This document shows positions 39,835-54,640 of a stretch of DNA of 64,000 bases, one piece after another. The DNA comes from Adineta vaga (taxonomy: Eukaryota; Animalia; Rotifera), in contig CP075492.1 of assembly GCA_021613535.1 (NCBI GenBank), positions 12,214,001 through 12,278,000 of the forward strand. Reading direction: 5' to 3'. The first letter of the stretch is position 1, and each line of letters begins with the position of its first letter. The translations under genes were made by a program, and so were the position numbers. The notes beneath the pieces are model-generated. The model did not search any database, was not told where the DNA came from, and saw only the letters and a program-made list of their open reading frames with translations.

Positions 39835-40761
39835 TTAATTTTGTGTATTTGCACAATAACAAACGCCAGAATTTTTCTCAAAATATTGTATTCGTTCAAA
39901 ACATGGATGCATCGTTCGTATTTCATTAAGACCATCATTTGTATTCGCCATGGATTCATTTAAATAGCAATCAAATTTTTGTAAATGAGATAAACGATAA
40001 ATAAAAATGCGAGCAAGACGTGTAAAAGACATTTCAATTAATGTTAAATGAATATATTCAACATTTGGAACATAATTAAGAAGAAGATCAATATCATTTA
40101 TTGATAGAATACCATAAGTATCCGCAAAAGTAAATCGTTTTAATGGATGACTTAATCGTAATGAAGGAAGATCAATACGATGATTATCACCAAAAACTTG
40201 AACTTGTAAACTACGTAAACATGGACATGATACAAGAATAAGTGGAACTATAACTGGATCACCAGAACAAACACATACAGAATGAAGATGTGAAGATAAA
40301 GACCATGAACGTGTAAATGGTACATCGACACGACCTAAATCAGCATGTTTTAGTGAAGGAAATTCATTAGAAAAAACATCTTGAGCAAGTTGAGCAGATG
40401 ACCAAAAATCAAATGCTAATGAAAGAGATAAATAGATAAGATGAGGAAGAACATTTGGTCGGATTTGTGCCACTTGCAAACGAGTTGTACGATGCAATAT
40501 TAATACTTTTAAATTTAAAAATCGTGTTAAATCAATTTCATGCCAAGTATTCATTTCAAGTCGAATGACGCGAGAAGCGAATAGAGAAATTAACGATGGG
40601 TCATTTTTTTCAATAGTTAACGATAGATTTTTCAAAGATCGTAGAATAGTATTAAATCGATTATTCAATCCCCAAAATCCATAATATAAATCTCGAGTAT
40701 CCAAATATTGATATATATCAAGAATCAGTTCATTGGGTAGATGTTCAAATAGACTGAACAT
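39835..40761 (-). CDS. Intronless F-box / degenerate LRR protein
   Basis: 308-aa ORF starting FEHLPNELILDIYQYLD..DLYYGFWGLNNRFN, followed by LxxLxL repeats. Confidence 0.85.
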   Translation of the reverse strand: MFSLFEHLPNELILDIYQYLDTRDLYYGFWGLNNRFNTILRSLKNLSLTIEKNDPSLISLFASRVIRLEMNTWHEIDLTRFLNLKVLILHRTTRLQVAQIRPNVLPHLIYLSLSLAFDFWSSAQLAQDVFSNEFPSLKHADLGRVDVPFTRSWSLSSHLHSVCVCSGDPVIVPLILVSCPCLRSLQVQVFGDNHRIDLPSLRLSHPLKRFTFADTYGILSINDIDLLLNYVPNVEYIHLTLIEMSFTRLARIFIYRLSHLQKFDCYLNESMANTNDGLNEIRTMHPCFERIQYFEKNSGVCYCANTQN

Positions 40762-41537
40762 ATTCTCAGAACTCTTTATAGTAAGATAGTTACTTACGAT
40801 ATTATATACTGGTAAGATTATCGACCGCTTCGATAAGTGTCATCAAAAAGGAAGTTTGCATTCAAAGCTAAACTCTTTATATAAGAATACTTCTTTTCTT
40901 TCTATGAAAATATTTCTACAATTCAATTCATCTTCATGCCGACTTCATCTTTGTCAAAGTCAAACGGAAGTGTGCATCTATTGCAAATGACTTTCTTCCT
41001 CGTTGGATTTCTATGAAAATCAATTTTGCTCATTATTTTACGATTAATCTGTTGGAAAAACAAAAATTTTTCTTCTTCTTACTACTCATCATTATAAACT
41101 TCTATAAATAACTTTAAATCTAACTTCTGCTCGCAGTCGATTATTTATTAGTTTTCCTATAATGGCAGATTACAAAATTATCACAAACATAACACCTTCT
41201 CCTACGCAAATAGGAATATACAAACGAGTTGAATGAGTAAAGATTTTATATCGGAAAAAAGAATATTTTTGTTTTTTATTTAAACTTTTTGCAAATGCAA
41301 ATGAACCATTAATAATATGAAAAAAGAAGAAGATGAATAATAAGAATATAGTAGAGATTAAAAGAACTCAACAAATAACAACAACGATACTGATAAATAA
41401 TAAAAGAATAATATAATGTATATGTTAATGTTTTCTTTTAAAAATAAGATCATAAAAAGGAGAAAGACGGAAATTATCCATGAAATTTAACAGAATAACA
41501 TCACCAATGAGATTTGTTTTTATAGAATACTTTTGGC

Positions 41538-44764
<3,227 letters not shown>

Positions 44765-45761
44765 TGTTGTTGATGTTGTTTTTAAGATACTCTAATAATA
44801 ATTAAAATCTGAAATGGAAAAAATCTTATTTTTATAGGGCACCAGGTGAAGGAATGTAATAAAAATAACGATGATGAAATGAAACGTTTCTTTGGGCTAT
44901 TGCGTGGCAAGGAATGAATGTGATGATGAATGACAGCATTACGCCTCTTACATTTTCTTTTTGTGTACATATCGACGACGACGATCATGATTTATAAAGA
45001 AGGAAGAAGAAAGAAAAGAAAAAGTACGGACGTCAACTTACGAATAGACCTATCAGTATATAGTCCGTCTTTCACAAATGTATATATGAAAATAATTATA
45101 TGAAAGACAAACTAATATCCGACCGTCGGAGCGTAGATTAGATTATTTGTCAAAGACAATAAGGTCATATTACGAACATTATCGAATAACAAATGAATGC
45201 ATTCTACTTAAACAATTGAGAAAAATAACCAGACGGTAGTATGTGAAATTACTGACGAATAGTAAAGAAAATTATTCTATCGATATCTATAGTGATATAT
45301 TCATCTAGTCTGTATTCTGTACTATTTAATCGAGGGATAACAAATGAATAGACAGAGTTCATAAAAGTATCAATAGATTATCTATTATTTGACTGAAGAT
45401 GAAATAATATGTTCAAATATACCTAGTGACATTCTGAATCATGTTCAATAGTATTTATCAATCTAAATGAACATGAAATATAAGAATTAGTATGAAAAAG
45501 ACATGTTTCGATTATTCATTTTTATTTATCGAGAGAAATACAACTATCTCAATATGATGATTCGCAAAAGTCTTATAATCTGCGACGTATGCATTACGAT
45601 CAAAAGAAGTAAGATATATTCTTCTTTAGGTTTTTGTTTTTTCGATTTTTATTCTTAACGGTTCAAAACAAGAATCGTTGTATGTATAAATTTTTTTCTT
45701 ATTGAGACAGAGAATGATCGAATAGTAGCTCTGTTTTTAACAAAAAATAGTTGCCAATTAT

Positions 45762-46939
45762 CTAAACAGAACTTTGCACTGGTGGTTCATAACCATCGGC
45801 ACGTTCGACACGTTGGCCTTTGTCATCGATAGTTACGCTGCTGTAACTTTCACCGTGCATTTCCATAAGACGAGCAACTGAAAAGGAAAATACAAATAAA
45901 ATCAATCAATACGTCTATCTATAAAGATTTTTCTTACCATCAAATTTGGGTTTTTTCAATACTTTTACTTTACGGACCATGACATTTTGTAATGGATAAA
46001 TTCCACGACAGACTTTTTCAATTTCTGATCCGATACTATTCGGAATACTGAAAAAGATCGAGAAAATTTTTAACTTAGAAATTCAAATTCTAAACTAAGA
46101 ATTCATACAGTTTGTTAACAACTTCTTTTAATTCACTACCAGCAATATCACGTGTCATAATTTCAACCATTTTCTTACGGATTGCTTTGATCTAATAATA
46201 AAAAAGAAATTCAATTGAACTTTTCGTTATTGTAAAGAACATTTTTTTTAACAAACTTGTGTATGTTGAGCATAGGATGTCTTTCTAATTTGACCACGCA
46301 TTTTTTGTGTGAAACCAATGCAGAAAACACGTAAAAGATAACCATCAGATGTACGAATATCAGCTTGAGCTTCAATTAATGTCTATAAAAGAATATTTTC
46401 ATTTAAAAAGAAAATAGAAACATTTTCTACGAATTAATTTAAGTTTACCTGCCATTTTTTTACAAGCATACGAAGACGATCTGTTGTAATATTCATACCA
46501 TGAAAGTTAGTTAAACAATGACGACCTTGAACATCTTCGCAGATAAATTTGAATTTACGATAGCTATCTTCATCATCGTGTTTGACTAAATCACCGAGTG
46601 AAGCTTCAAATACACGACCTTTCAAAGCATCCGAAGCAATTTCTATTCGAAAAAAGACATCAATAATATAACTTGAATTATTCAATATGAAATTGAAAAA
46701 CTTACTGGTGCCAGTTGTTCGTGTGACAAGTGTACGACCGATATTACGTGTTTCAAAATTAGCTGGTGCTTTGATATCATACCAATCTTTTTTTGAGAAT
46801 GGATCAGCGCTGGAAAAGAAAATTTCATCAATTCTATCGTATAAAGACCCAAACGAGTAGAATTTCGATAAACTTACACTTTCTTTTTACCACCTTTTTT
46901 GCCACCTTTTGTAAGGCGTTTGTTCTTGCCGATGGCCAT
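45762..46939 (-). CDS. RPS3A: 40S ribosomal protein S3a (eS1)
   Basis: [79 protein letters not shown]. Confidence 0.98.
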
Positions 46940-47006
46940 TTGTTATGATAAATCTATAAAAACAGACCAATAAAGTTTTATTTTCATTTATGTTTATTTT
47001 TCTTAT

Positions 47007-47095
47007 TATTCAGCCGATTCTCAGTCCCGTCTTGAATACACTTTCATAGCTTTGATAATCGTGTAAATTGTCTCATCATCGATATCGGCTGAATA
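47007..47095 (-). ncRNA. SNORD21: Box C/D snoRNA, U21 (SNORD21)-type guide for large-subunit rRNA
   Basis: Perfect 12-bp terminal stem (47007-47018 / 47084-47095), box C ATGATGA (47073-47079), box D CTGA (47021-47024). The guide TTCAAGACGGG is complementary to the conserved LSU sequence CCCGTCTTGAA. Confidence 0.88.
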
Positions 47096-47479
47096 GATTT
47101 AAAAAGTTTTGTTTTTAGTTTATATTTTCAAAGATCATGTTACATGACATTAACTAACTCGTAAAACTAGATAATAATTTCAAAAGATCCAAAAATCCGA
47201 TGAATAAATAGCGGACTAGTCCATAGTAACATCTAGATGTCCTCCTTGAAAGAAGCATCATTTTCGTCGATATGTTAATCATTAATGCATATGTATGCAT
47301 GAAATCTATTCATTGGTTGATATTTTTCTAACACACATAGAAAGAAGGAAGGAAAGGAAAGAAGAAACACGTAACAAATATTTTCTCCTACCACAACTAC
47401 ATACTTTCACACTAAATATCTTAGAGAAGAACATCATCTTGACAGATCAAATATCAATTCGATTTTCTAGATTAGAATT

Positions 47480-48349
47480 ATGAATATTCAATCGAATCTA
47501 ATTTTAATTTTTTGTTGTCTACAATGGATTTCTTTATCGTCTTCACTTTATTTTCACATCAGTGAAACTGAACGAAAATGTTTTATCGAAGAAATTCCGG
47601 ATGATACATTAGTTATTGGTAAATATAAAGTGGAATCATTCGATGAAAAAACTAATACATATGTTCCATCAACACCTGGTATTGGTATGCATGTTGAAGT
47701 AAAAGATCCAGATGATAAGATTATTCTTTCGAAATTATATACAAATGAAGGACGATTTACATTTACATCACATACTCCTGGTGAACATGTTATTTGTTTA
47801 TATTCAAATTCAACGGCTTGGTTTGGTGGACAAAAATTAGTAAATATGCATTAGATGACAGGAAAAGACATATGAACTATTATTTTTGTTATCTAGCGTA
47901 TTCATTTGGATATTGATGTTGGTGAACATGCAGTTGATTATCAAAGTGTCAGTGCTCATGAAAAATTAACAGAACTTCAGCTACGAGTTCGACAATTATT
48001 GGATCAAGTTGAACAAATGTAAGTTATCATTCATGATACTATTTATAGAAGATGAGTCATTGATCAATTTATACCTGGGCCTCTATATCGAAGATAATCA
48101 AAGTCACATGTGAAAAACAACAAAGATTGATTATGATTGCTTTCATGATAAAAATTTGTTATATTTTATTTCAGAACTAAAGAACAAAATTATCAACGTT
48201 ATCGCGAAGAACGCTTTCGAGCTACAAGTGAATCGACAAATCAACGTGTTTTATGGTGGTCCGTTGCTCAATTACTCGTTCTAGTCATTGCTGGTTTTTG
48301 GCAAATGCGTCATTTGAAGGGCTTTTTTGAAGCAAAGAAACTTGTTTAA
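47480..48349 (+). CDS. p24/TMED alpha-subfamily cargo receptor (TMED4/TMED9-like)
   Basis: 3 exons: [87 protein letters not shown]. Confidence 0.96.
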
Positions 48350-48496
48350 AACATTTATTTTTAATTTAATCTAATTTATTTGAATAATCTCATTATCTTG
48401 TTTCTTCTTTCTTTTTTATTATTACAATAATTTCCTTATACGGTTTTTAGATATTTATTTCCAGCTATATAAAGAAAAGAAAGCCGCTCATATTCG

Positions 48497-50769
48497 ATGC
48501 TTGCTCGCGGTGTAAGAAATGTTATTTACAATTATACTGATGCTCAACGCAAAGTTCGATCGGCAACTTCGAATGATGCTTGGGGACCATCACCAGCATT
48601 GATGCATGAAATTGCTGATTTAACTGATAATGTTGTAGCTTACGCTGAAATTATGCCAAGTAAATATTGAAATTGTAAGAAAATTTTCATGATTTGATAT
48701 TTTGTTTTTTAGTTATCTGGAAACGTTTAAATGATCATGGAAAAAACTGGCGACATGTTTATAAATCCTTAGTTTTACTTGATCATTTAATAAAATATGG
48801 CAATGAACGTGTTAGTCAACAATGTAAAGAAAATATCTTTGCCATTCAGACATTGAAAGATTTTCAATATGTCGAAGATCAAAAAGATCAAGGATATAAT
48901 GTTCGTGAGAAAGCTAAACAATTAGTTGCTCTACTTAAAGATGATGAACGTTTACGTAATGAACGTCGAAAAGCACAAGAAGCCCGTGAACGTTATTCAC
49001 GACAAGCAATGGGAATGGATTCAAGTGGTGCTGTTACATATGGTCGTCCAGCGACAGCAACATCAATGCGACGTAATAGTGCTGAAGGAGGAGATAGTTT
49101 TGGTACGATGTCATATCCATATGCAACTACTACGACAGCACATCGTTCATCATCATTCAATGAAAATCTTCATGCTGCATCTTCAAAAGAGTTTGTTCAA
49201 CCAACCAATCAGGAAGAAGAACAATTGCAAATGCAAATTGCTTTAGCAGAATCTCAACGTGAAGTATGTTGTTGTTGTTGTTGTTGAAATCAGAATTTAG
49301 AATAAATGAAATCATTTGTTTGTATTTATATAGGCTGAAGATGAAGAACGACGTCGTCGTAATGATGAATTAAAACTGAAAATTGCATTGGAAAGATCTG
49401 TCAATGAAGGTTCACCTGATGCTCTTCATTCTCAAGTAATTCAAATTCATTGTTTAAAATTTCGAATCGAAAGAAATCTGTTTTTATTGAAGGGCTTTGA
49501 TTTCAATACGAATTCAAATATATTTGATACTAATAATCATCAAGATCCTTATGCATCAGCAACTACAACAAGTATGGGTTGGAATCAAACCAATGGCCGA
49601 CCAGCAACTCATCTCGGTTTCACTACTTCTACAAGTATATTATAATTAATCTGACAAATACATGATTTATTTTCTTTTTTCTTGTCATATAGACGATCCA
49701 TGGTCGGCAGAACCAAGTGGTCGCACATCTGTAACTACTGCAACAACATCAGCCATGAATGATCCATGGCAAACAGGTGCATCATCAACATCACCACCGG
49801 TGCCACAGGCTAATCCATGGGGTGAAAAAAATCATACAACTACCAGCAATGGTACAGGTCTTTCTGTTAATATTGCTGATCCGTGGGGTGTTGGAACAAA
49901 TGGTGTTCACAAACCTAGTACAACTACAACAACTTCACCACCGTCCACAACTTCGAAAACAATTGATAATGAATTAAGTGAATTTTTTGGAGCAAATGCA
50001 AGTAAGATATGATTCTGACATATTGTATGAGCAAAATCGACGTGAAATATGCTCGTAATATCTCATAAAAATAGTTTTCTATAGAAATCACTGTGTATCT
50101 CTTCGATAGTAGAAGCATTATAAGCTTAGGTTCTTCGCATGTACTATGCAGTTTTGTTTTCGAGTGTGTGAAAAGACAAATACTAACATATAAATCATAT
50201 ACAATTATTTTTAGCTATCTCCGCAGGTTATAATGGTCAACAACAAGCATCATCAAATCCATGGAATATGCCATCGTCAACATTTCCATCGGCTACTACA
50301 GCAAATAATAATCTATCAGGTTCGATTTCTCCACCAAACGTCGGTTTAACTGCAGGTGGAAATATGCTCTATCCAACAGTAGCTGGCGGTAGTAATTCGA
50401 ATTCAACCAATCCAAGTCCACATCCATCTGCACTTTCAGCTTCTCGTAAAACTCCAGAAAGTTTTCTTGGAGAAAATTTCAGTAATTTAGTTAATCTTGA
50501 TAAACTTGTTACAGATACAAAAAGTAATGAATTCTTTTCATTCCTTTTGATTTCTCTATCTATCTATCTATTTGTTATTAGGCACTAATCCATTTGGTTC
50601 AACTGCTCCTCGAGCACCCAATCCATTTGCTAATACCATGAAACCACCAACACTTGATCAACTAAGTTCATCAAATAATGTTGGTTTTACAACAGGTTCA
50701 ACATTACCACCACCACTCATTCCTTCATCATTTAATAACACTACATCATCAAGCAATCCATTTATGTGA
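48497..50769 (+). CDS. EPN: Epsin (ENTH domain, two UIMs, DPW/NPW repeats, NPF motifs)
   Basis: NYTDAQRKVRSATSNDAWGP..IWKRLNDHGKNWRHVYKSL; EEEQLQMQIALAES; KTPESFLGEN..LVNLD; three NPF motifs, ending NPFM*. Confidence 0.95.
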
Positions 50770-51127
50770 AATTACGTTTTTCTTTCTTTTCTTATAATTC
50801 TCTTTTTTTACTAATCTTCCGTCACAAAAAAAAACTCAAAATCTCTGTTCTTTTTTAGTTACACGAGCTTAGACTATCAGAAGTGGAATCTCTTTTCTTT
50901 TGTAAAATACGAAACTGATACATTATACTCACATCATTTATCAATCAACTACAAAGATTTCTTTTTCTATTCTAACTGTACATTTCTTCTAACATACGTC
51001 TTTATCTCTTCTTTTTTTCATACGGATATAGTTACTTGTATTTTTTTTTCTCTTTAAAACAATAAAACAAAAACAGCAACGGAAAGATTTGCATGCGTAT
51101 TGGATGTTTGATTCTTTTCTTTTCTAG

Positions 51128-52245
51128 ATGGCTCATGTAGCCATTGACGAAGATGAACCATCAACTAGTCCACCGATGTCATCCATGTTTGCTGCACCCG
51201 ATCCCAATGTTAATCAATCACCATTCGATCTGGATGAAACAATCAAACCAATTGTATCTTTTGGTCTAATTACTGACATACAATATGCAGATAATGAGGA
51301 TCGATGGAATTATACGAAAACACATTTGAGACGTTATAGAAATGCATTGAAGTTAACCGATGAAGCTTGTCAATATTGGTTAAATGCGAAACATTCTATT
51401 TCCTTTATTCTTCAACTGGGTGATATTATTGATGGAATAAGTTTTACGAATAAAAATTCAACAAAAGATTTAAATGATGTTCTAGAACCATTTCGAAAAC
51501 ATTTTTCATCTTTACCAATCTATCATATGTGGGGAAATCATGAATTGTATAATTTTTCTCGACAAGATCTCTTAAATGGACCATTGTGTTCATTCGATAC
51601 AAAGACAATTTCACCAGGACATTATGGAGTAATTGAAGTATGTCCTAATTTACGAATTCTTGCACTTGATACTTATGAATTCAGTGCATTAGGAATCGAA
51701 GAAAATAATGAAGTATATATTCAATCAATGGAGCTATTAAGAAAATATAATCAAAATGAAAGTTGTAACGATCCAACGGGTTTACGTGGACATCAACGAA
51801 GATTTGTTCAATTTAATGGTGGAATCACACCAAAACAAATGACTTGGTTGAAAGAACAATTAACAGAAGCTCAAATTCAAAATCATAAAGTCATTGTTAC
51901 AGGTAAAATACGCATTGAATTGTAATGAGAAATTGTTGTTCTCATTTAGGTCATATTCCAATACATCCGAGTGCATGTGATCATCTTGATCTTTTATGGA
52001 ATTATAAGGAAGTATTAGATCTTCTATGGACATTTGATGGTACAGTTGTAGCCTATATTGCTGGTCATGATCATGATGGTGGTTATTTCCGTGATCGAAA
52101 AAACATTCATCATTTAACATTACATGCCATTGTAGAATGTGAACCAAATACAAATTCATTTGCTACCGTTCATGTTTATAAAGAATCAATATTAATTGAA
52201 GGTGTCGGTCGTATTGGTACTTATCAAATTGATTGTCAGTTATAG
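51128..52245 (+). CDS. ADPRM: Mn-dependent ADP-ribose/CDP-alcohol diphosphatase (metallophosphoesterase)
   Basis: 2 exons: FGLITDIQYAD, RRYRNAL, QLGDIIDG, WGNHELYNF, RFVQFNGG, GHIPIHP, LWNY, AGHDHDGGY. Confidence 0.92.
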
Positions 52246-52356
52246 AGAACTTCAATAAGATATAAAAAATAAATTTTTTATATTTTTAATCTTGAAAACA
52301 GTTATATGAAGATAATATTTTATCTGTTTTGCTCGTATTTTAGATTTGTTTTAACT

Positions 52357-52814
52357 ATGCGTTTATATAATCGTGTTGTATTGATGCATCGAAAGCAGAT
52401 CTGGCAACCATGGCTTGCTCAAGTAAGATACGAACATTTCTCTTTCTATTAATCTCATTTATTTACATGAAAAAATGATGTAGGGTCGTACATCTCTTAA
52501 CTATGCTATGGAACATATCCCACATGTCGTATGGGGCATTCCATTTGCTGCTTTTTGTATGTTAAACTAATTTGTTTTTGAGAAAACAACATTTTAATGA
52601 AAACTTTTTTTCAAAAATTTAGTCATGGTCGTTATCGCTAGTAAAGAAATCTATAAAGCAAATGCCTATCAATTCAATGTCTACAAACGACGTCTTATGG
52701 GTTTGATATTGATAAAAATAAGAAATTTCCAACGAATTATTATTCTTTTTTTTGTATATTTTAGTTCGTCGACCAGAAGATATCCCTCTTGAATATCGGC
52801 CATTCTGCAGTTAA
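52357..52814 (+). CDS. Small single-TM protein, NADH dehydrogenase subunit NDUFA3-like (invertebrate type)
   Basis: 4 short exons, not in the ORF track: MRLYNRVVLMHRKQIWQPWLAQGRTSLNYAMEHIPHVVWGIPFAAFFMVVIASKEIYKANAYQFNVYKRRLMVRRPEDIPLEYRPFCS*. The IP-TM-YK..VxRxxD pattern recalls insect NDUFA3 (from memory). Confidence 0.7.
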
Positions 52815-54640
52815 ACAATATCCGAATGATAACCAGACATTTTCTTTTCATCCTTCTTCATTTTCTCCTCACTCCTGGCATTCATCAGTAGACTATAGCG
52901 TGTATATTTTGTTTTTCTTCTAGAGAAAAAAAACAGCGCGATTATGAAATATCATCAATAAAACACAAAAAAAGCAATGAATTTTTATGCCATTCTTTCA
53001 TCTTGTTTTTACGTTAATCGAATATGAACATGAAATATGATAAGGAAACGATAATGTTTAGACTATAATTTAATAATGAACATTTTCGGTACAATTGATG
53101 ATCGACCATCTGATGAAATAAGCAGACATTTACTGAGAGAAAATATGCATTTGATAAATCTTTATCTTCATCTTACTTAGTTAGACATTGTATGCATAAC
53201 TGTGTAATTCACAATCAACATGATTTGTATATTGAAAGAAAAAGAAAGAAAGAAAGAAATGTCTTTTATTTCTAAACAAAAGAAATTTATTACCGAATTA
53301 TACTTTTGTACTATTCATATGAAGGAGATCTAACACCTCAAGTGAGTATATACAGGTAAAGATAAACATAAAAGTAAAATGAAAACAATCGATTGAAAGA
53401 AAGACACTTTTGATATGAAGTATGAATACAAAAATGCTATAGGTAACGAACACGTCATCATACTTTAACTAAGACAAAGAAGAATGTATATTTATGTTGT
53501 ATAATTTCTGTTCGTTCATATTCTTTTTCTTTTTCTTTTTTTTTTTTGTAAAGAATGGCTTCCGTTCTTGTCCGGGAATAACTGATGAATCATACAAATA
53601 AAAACAAAAGATGATTAATGATCAAATATAGTCAATTAGAGACAGCAACACAAGGAATAACTTAATTGTTGACCGGCGGTCAGTCGTCAAATAAGAAGAG
53701 AAAATAAACGGCATTCATTATCGTTGTACTAACGAACAAGAAAATTCAATCGGAGAACAAAGTTGATATTTGTATTGTTGTCAATAAAACAATGTTTGCT
53801 GATTAAGTATAGAAGGAAGAACATGTTCTCACATCTCACAGTAGGTTCTGTCTATGAATACATCTATTTCTTGACAGATGCTTGTAATAACTAATAATAA
53901 TATGAAATATTGATGTAAATGTAGCAATGATATTATCTTTCTCATTCGAATTTCCTCTCATCGAAATTTGTTATCGTTTATTTCGATACAATCGATCGAT
54001 AAAACAGACTCATATCTATTCATCCATCTCCTGTTTGCTCAAATCAATGGAGAATGGACAGAGAGCACGAAAGAGAAAGAGAGCTATATAGGAAGAGGAA
54101 AAAATCTATGTCAAGTTAAATCGAGAGAAATAGCATGTACATCCGTTAATGAATATATTTTATGATCAAACTACTTTCTTTCTTGCTGCTCACTGATGTG
54201 TGCGATGAGCAAGAGAGAAATATATGTATATATATATAAATGTATACGGTAAAGCGAGTAACAACATAATTGAACTCGTTGTATATGTATACTTCTTGTT
54301 GCCCTGGTAGTTGAAGATTTAGTTTTAATTCCTTCGTTCAATTCGTTTTTTCCTCCCTTCTTTTCTTTTATATCGATCATATTTCTTTTTTTCTTCTTTC
54401 TTTTAAATATACATCCATCGACATATACATATACACTTTCTGTTGACTAAATTCTTGACCATTTGTCACGTCGCATATCCCTATCCGTTAGTTGAGTGAA
54501 AGTAAGCGTGGGAGGGAAGAAGGGTACAAAGTTGCACGTATATACACATAGAGTGCATTTTTTTATTCTCATTTCATTTCAATATCAATAGGAATAACAA
54601 GCTACAAAGAAAAATATCAAGTATTGAAATACCAAGTGTC

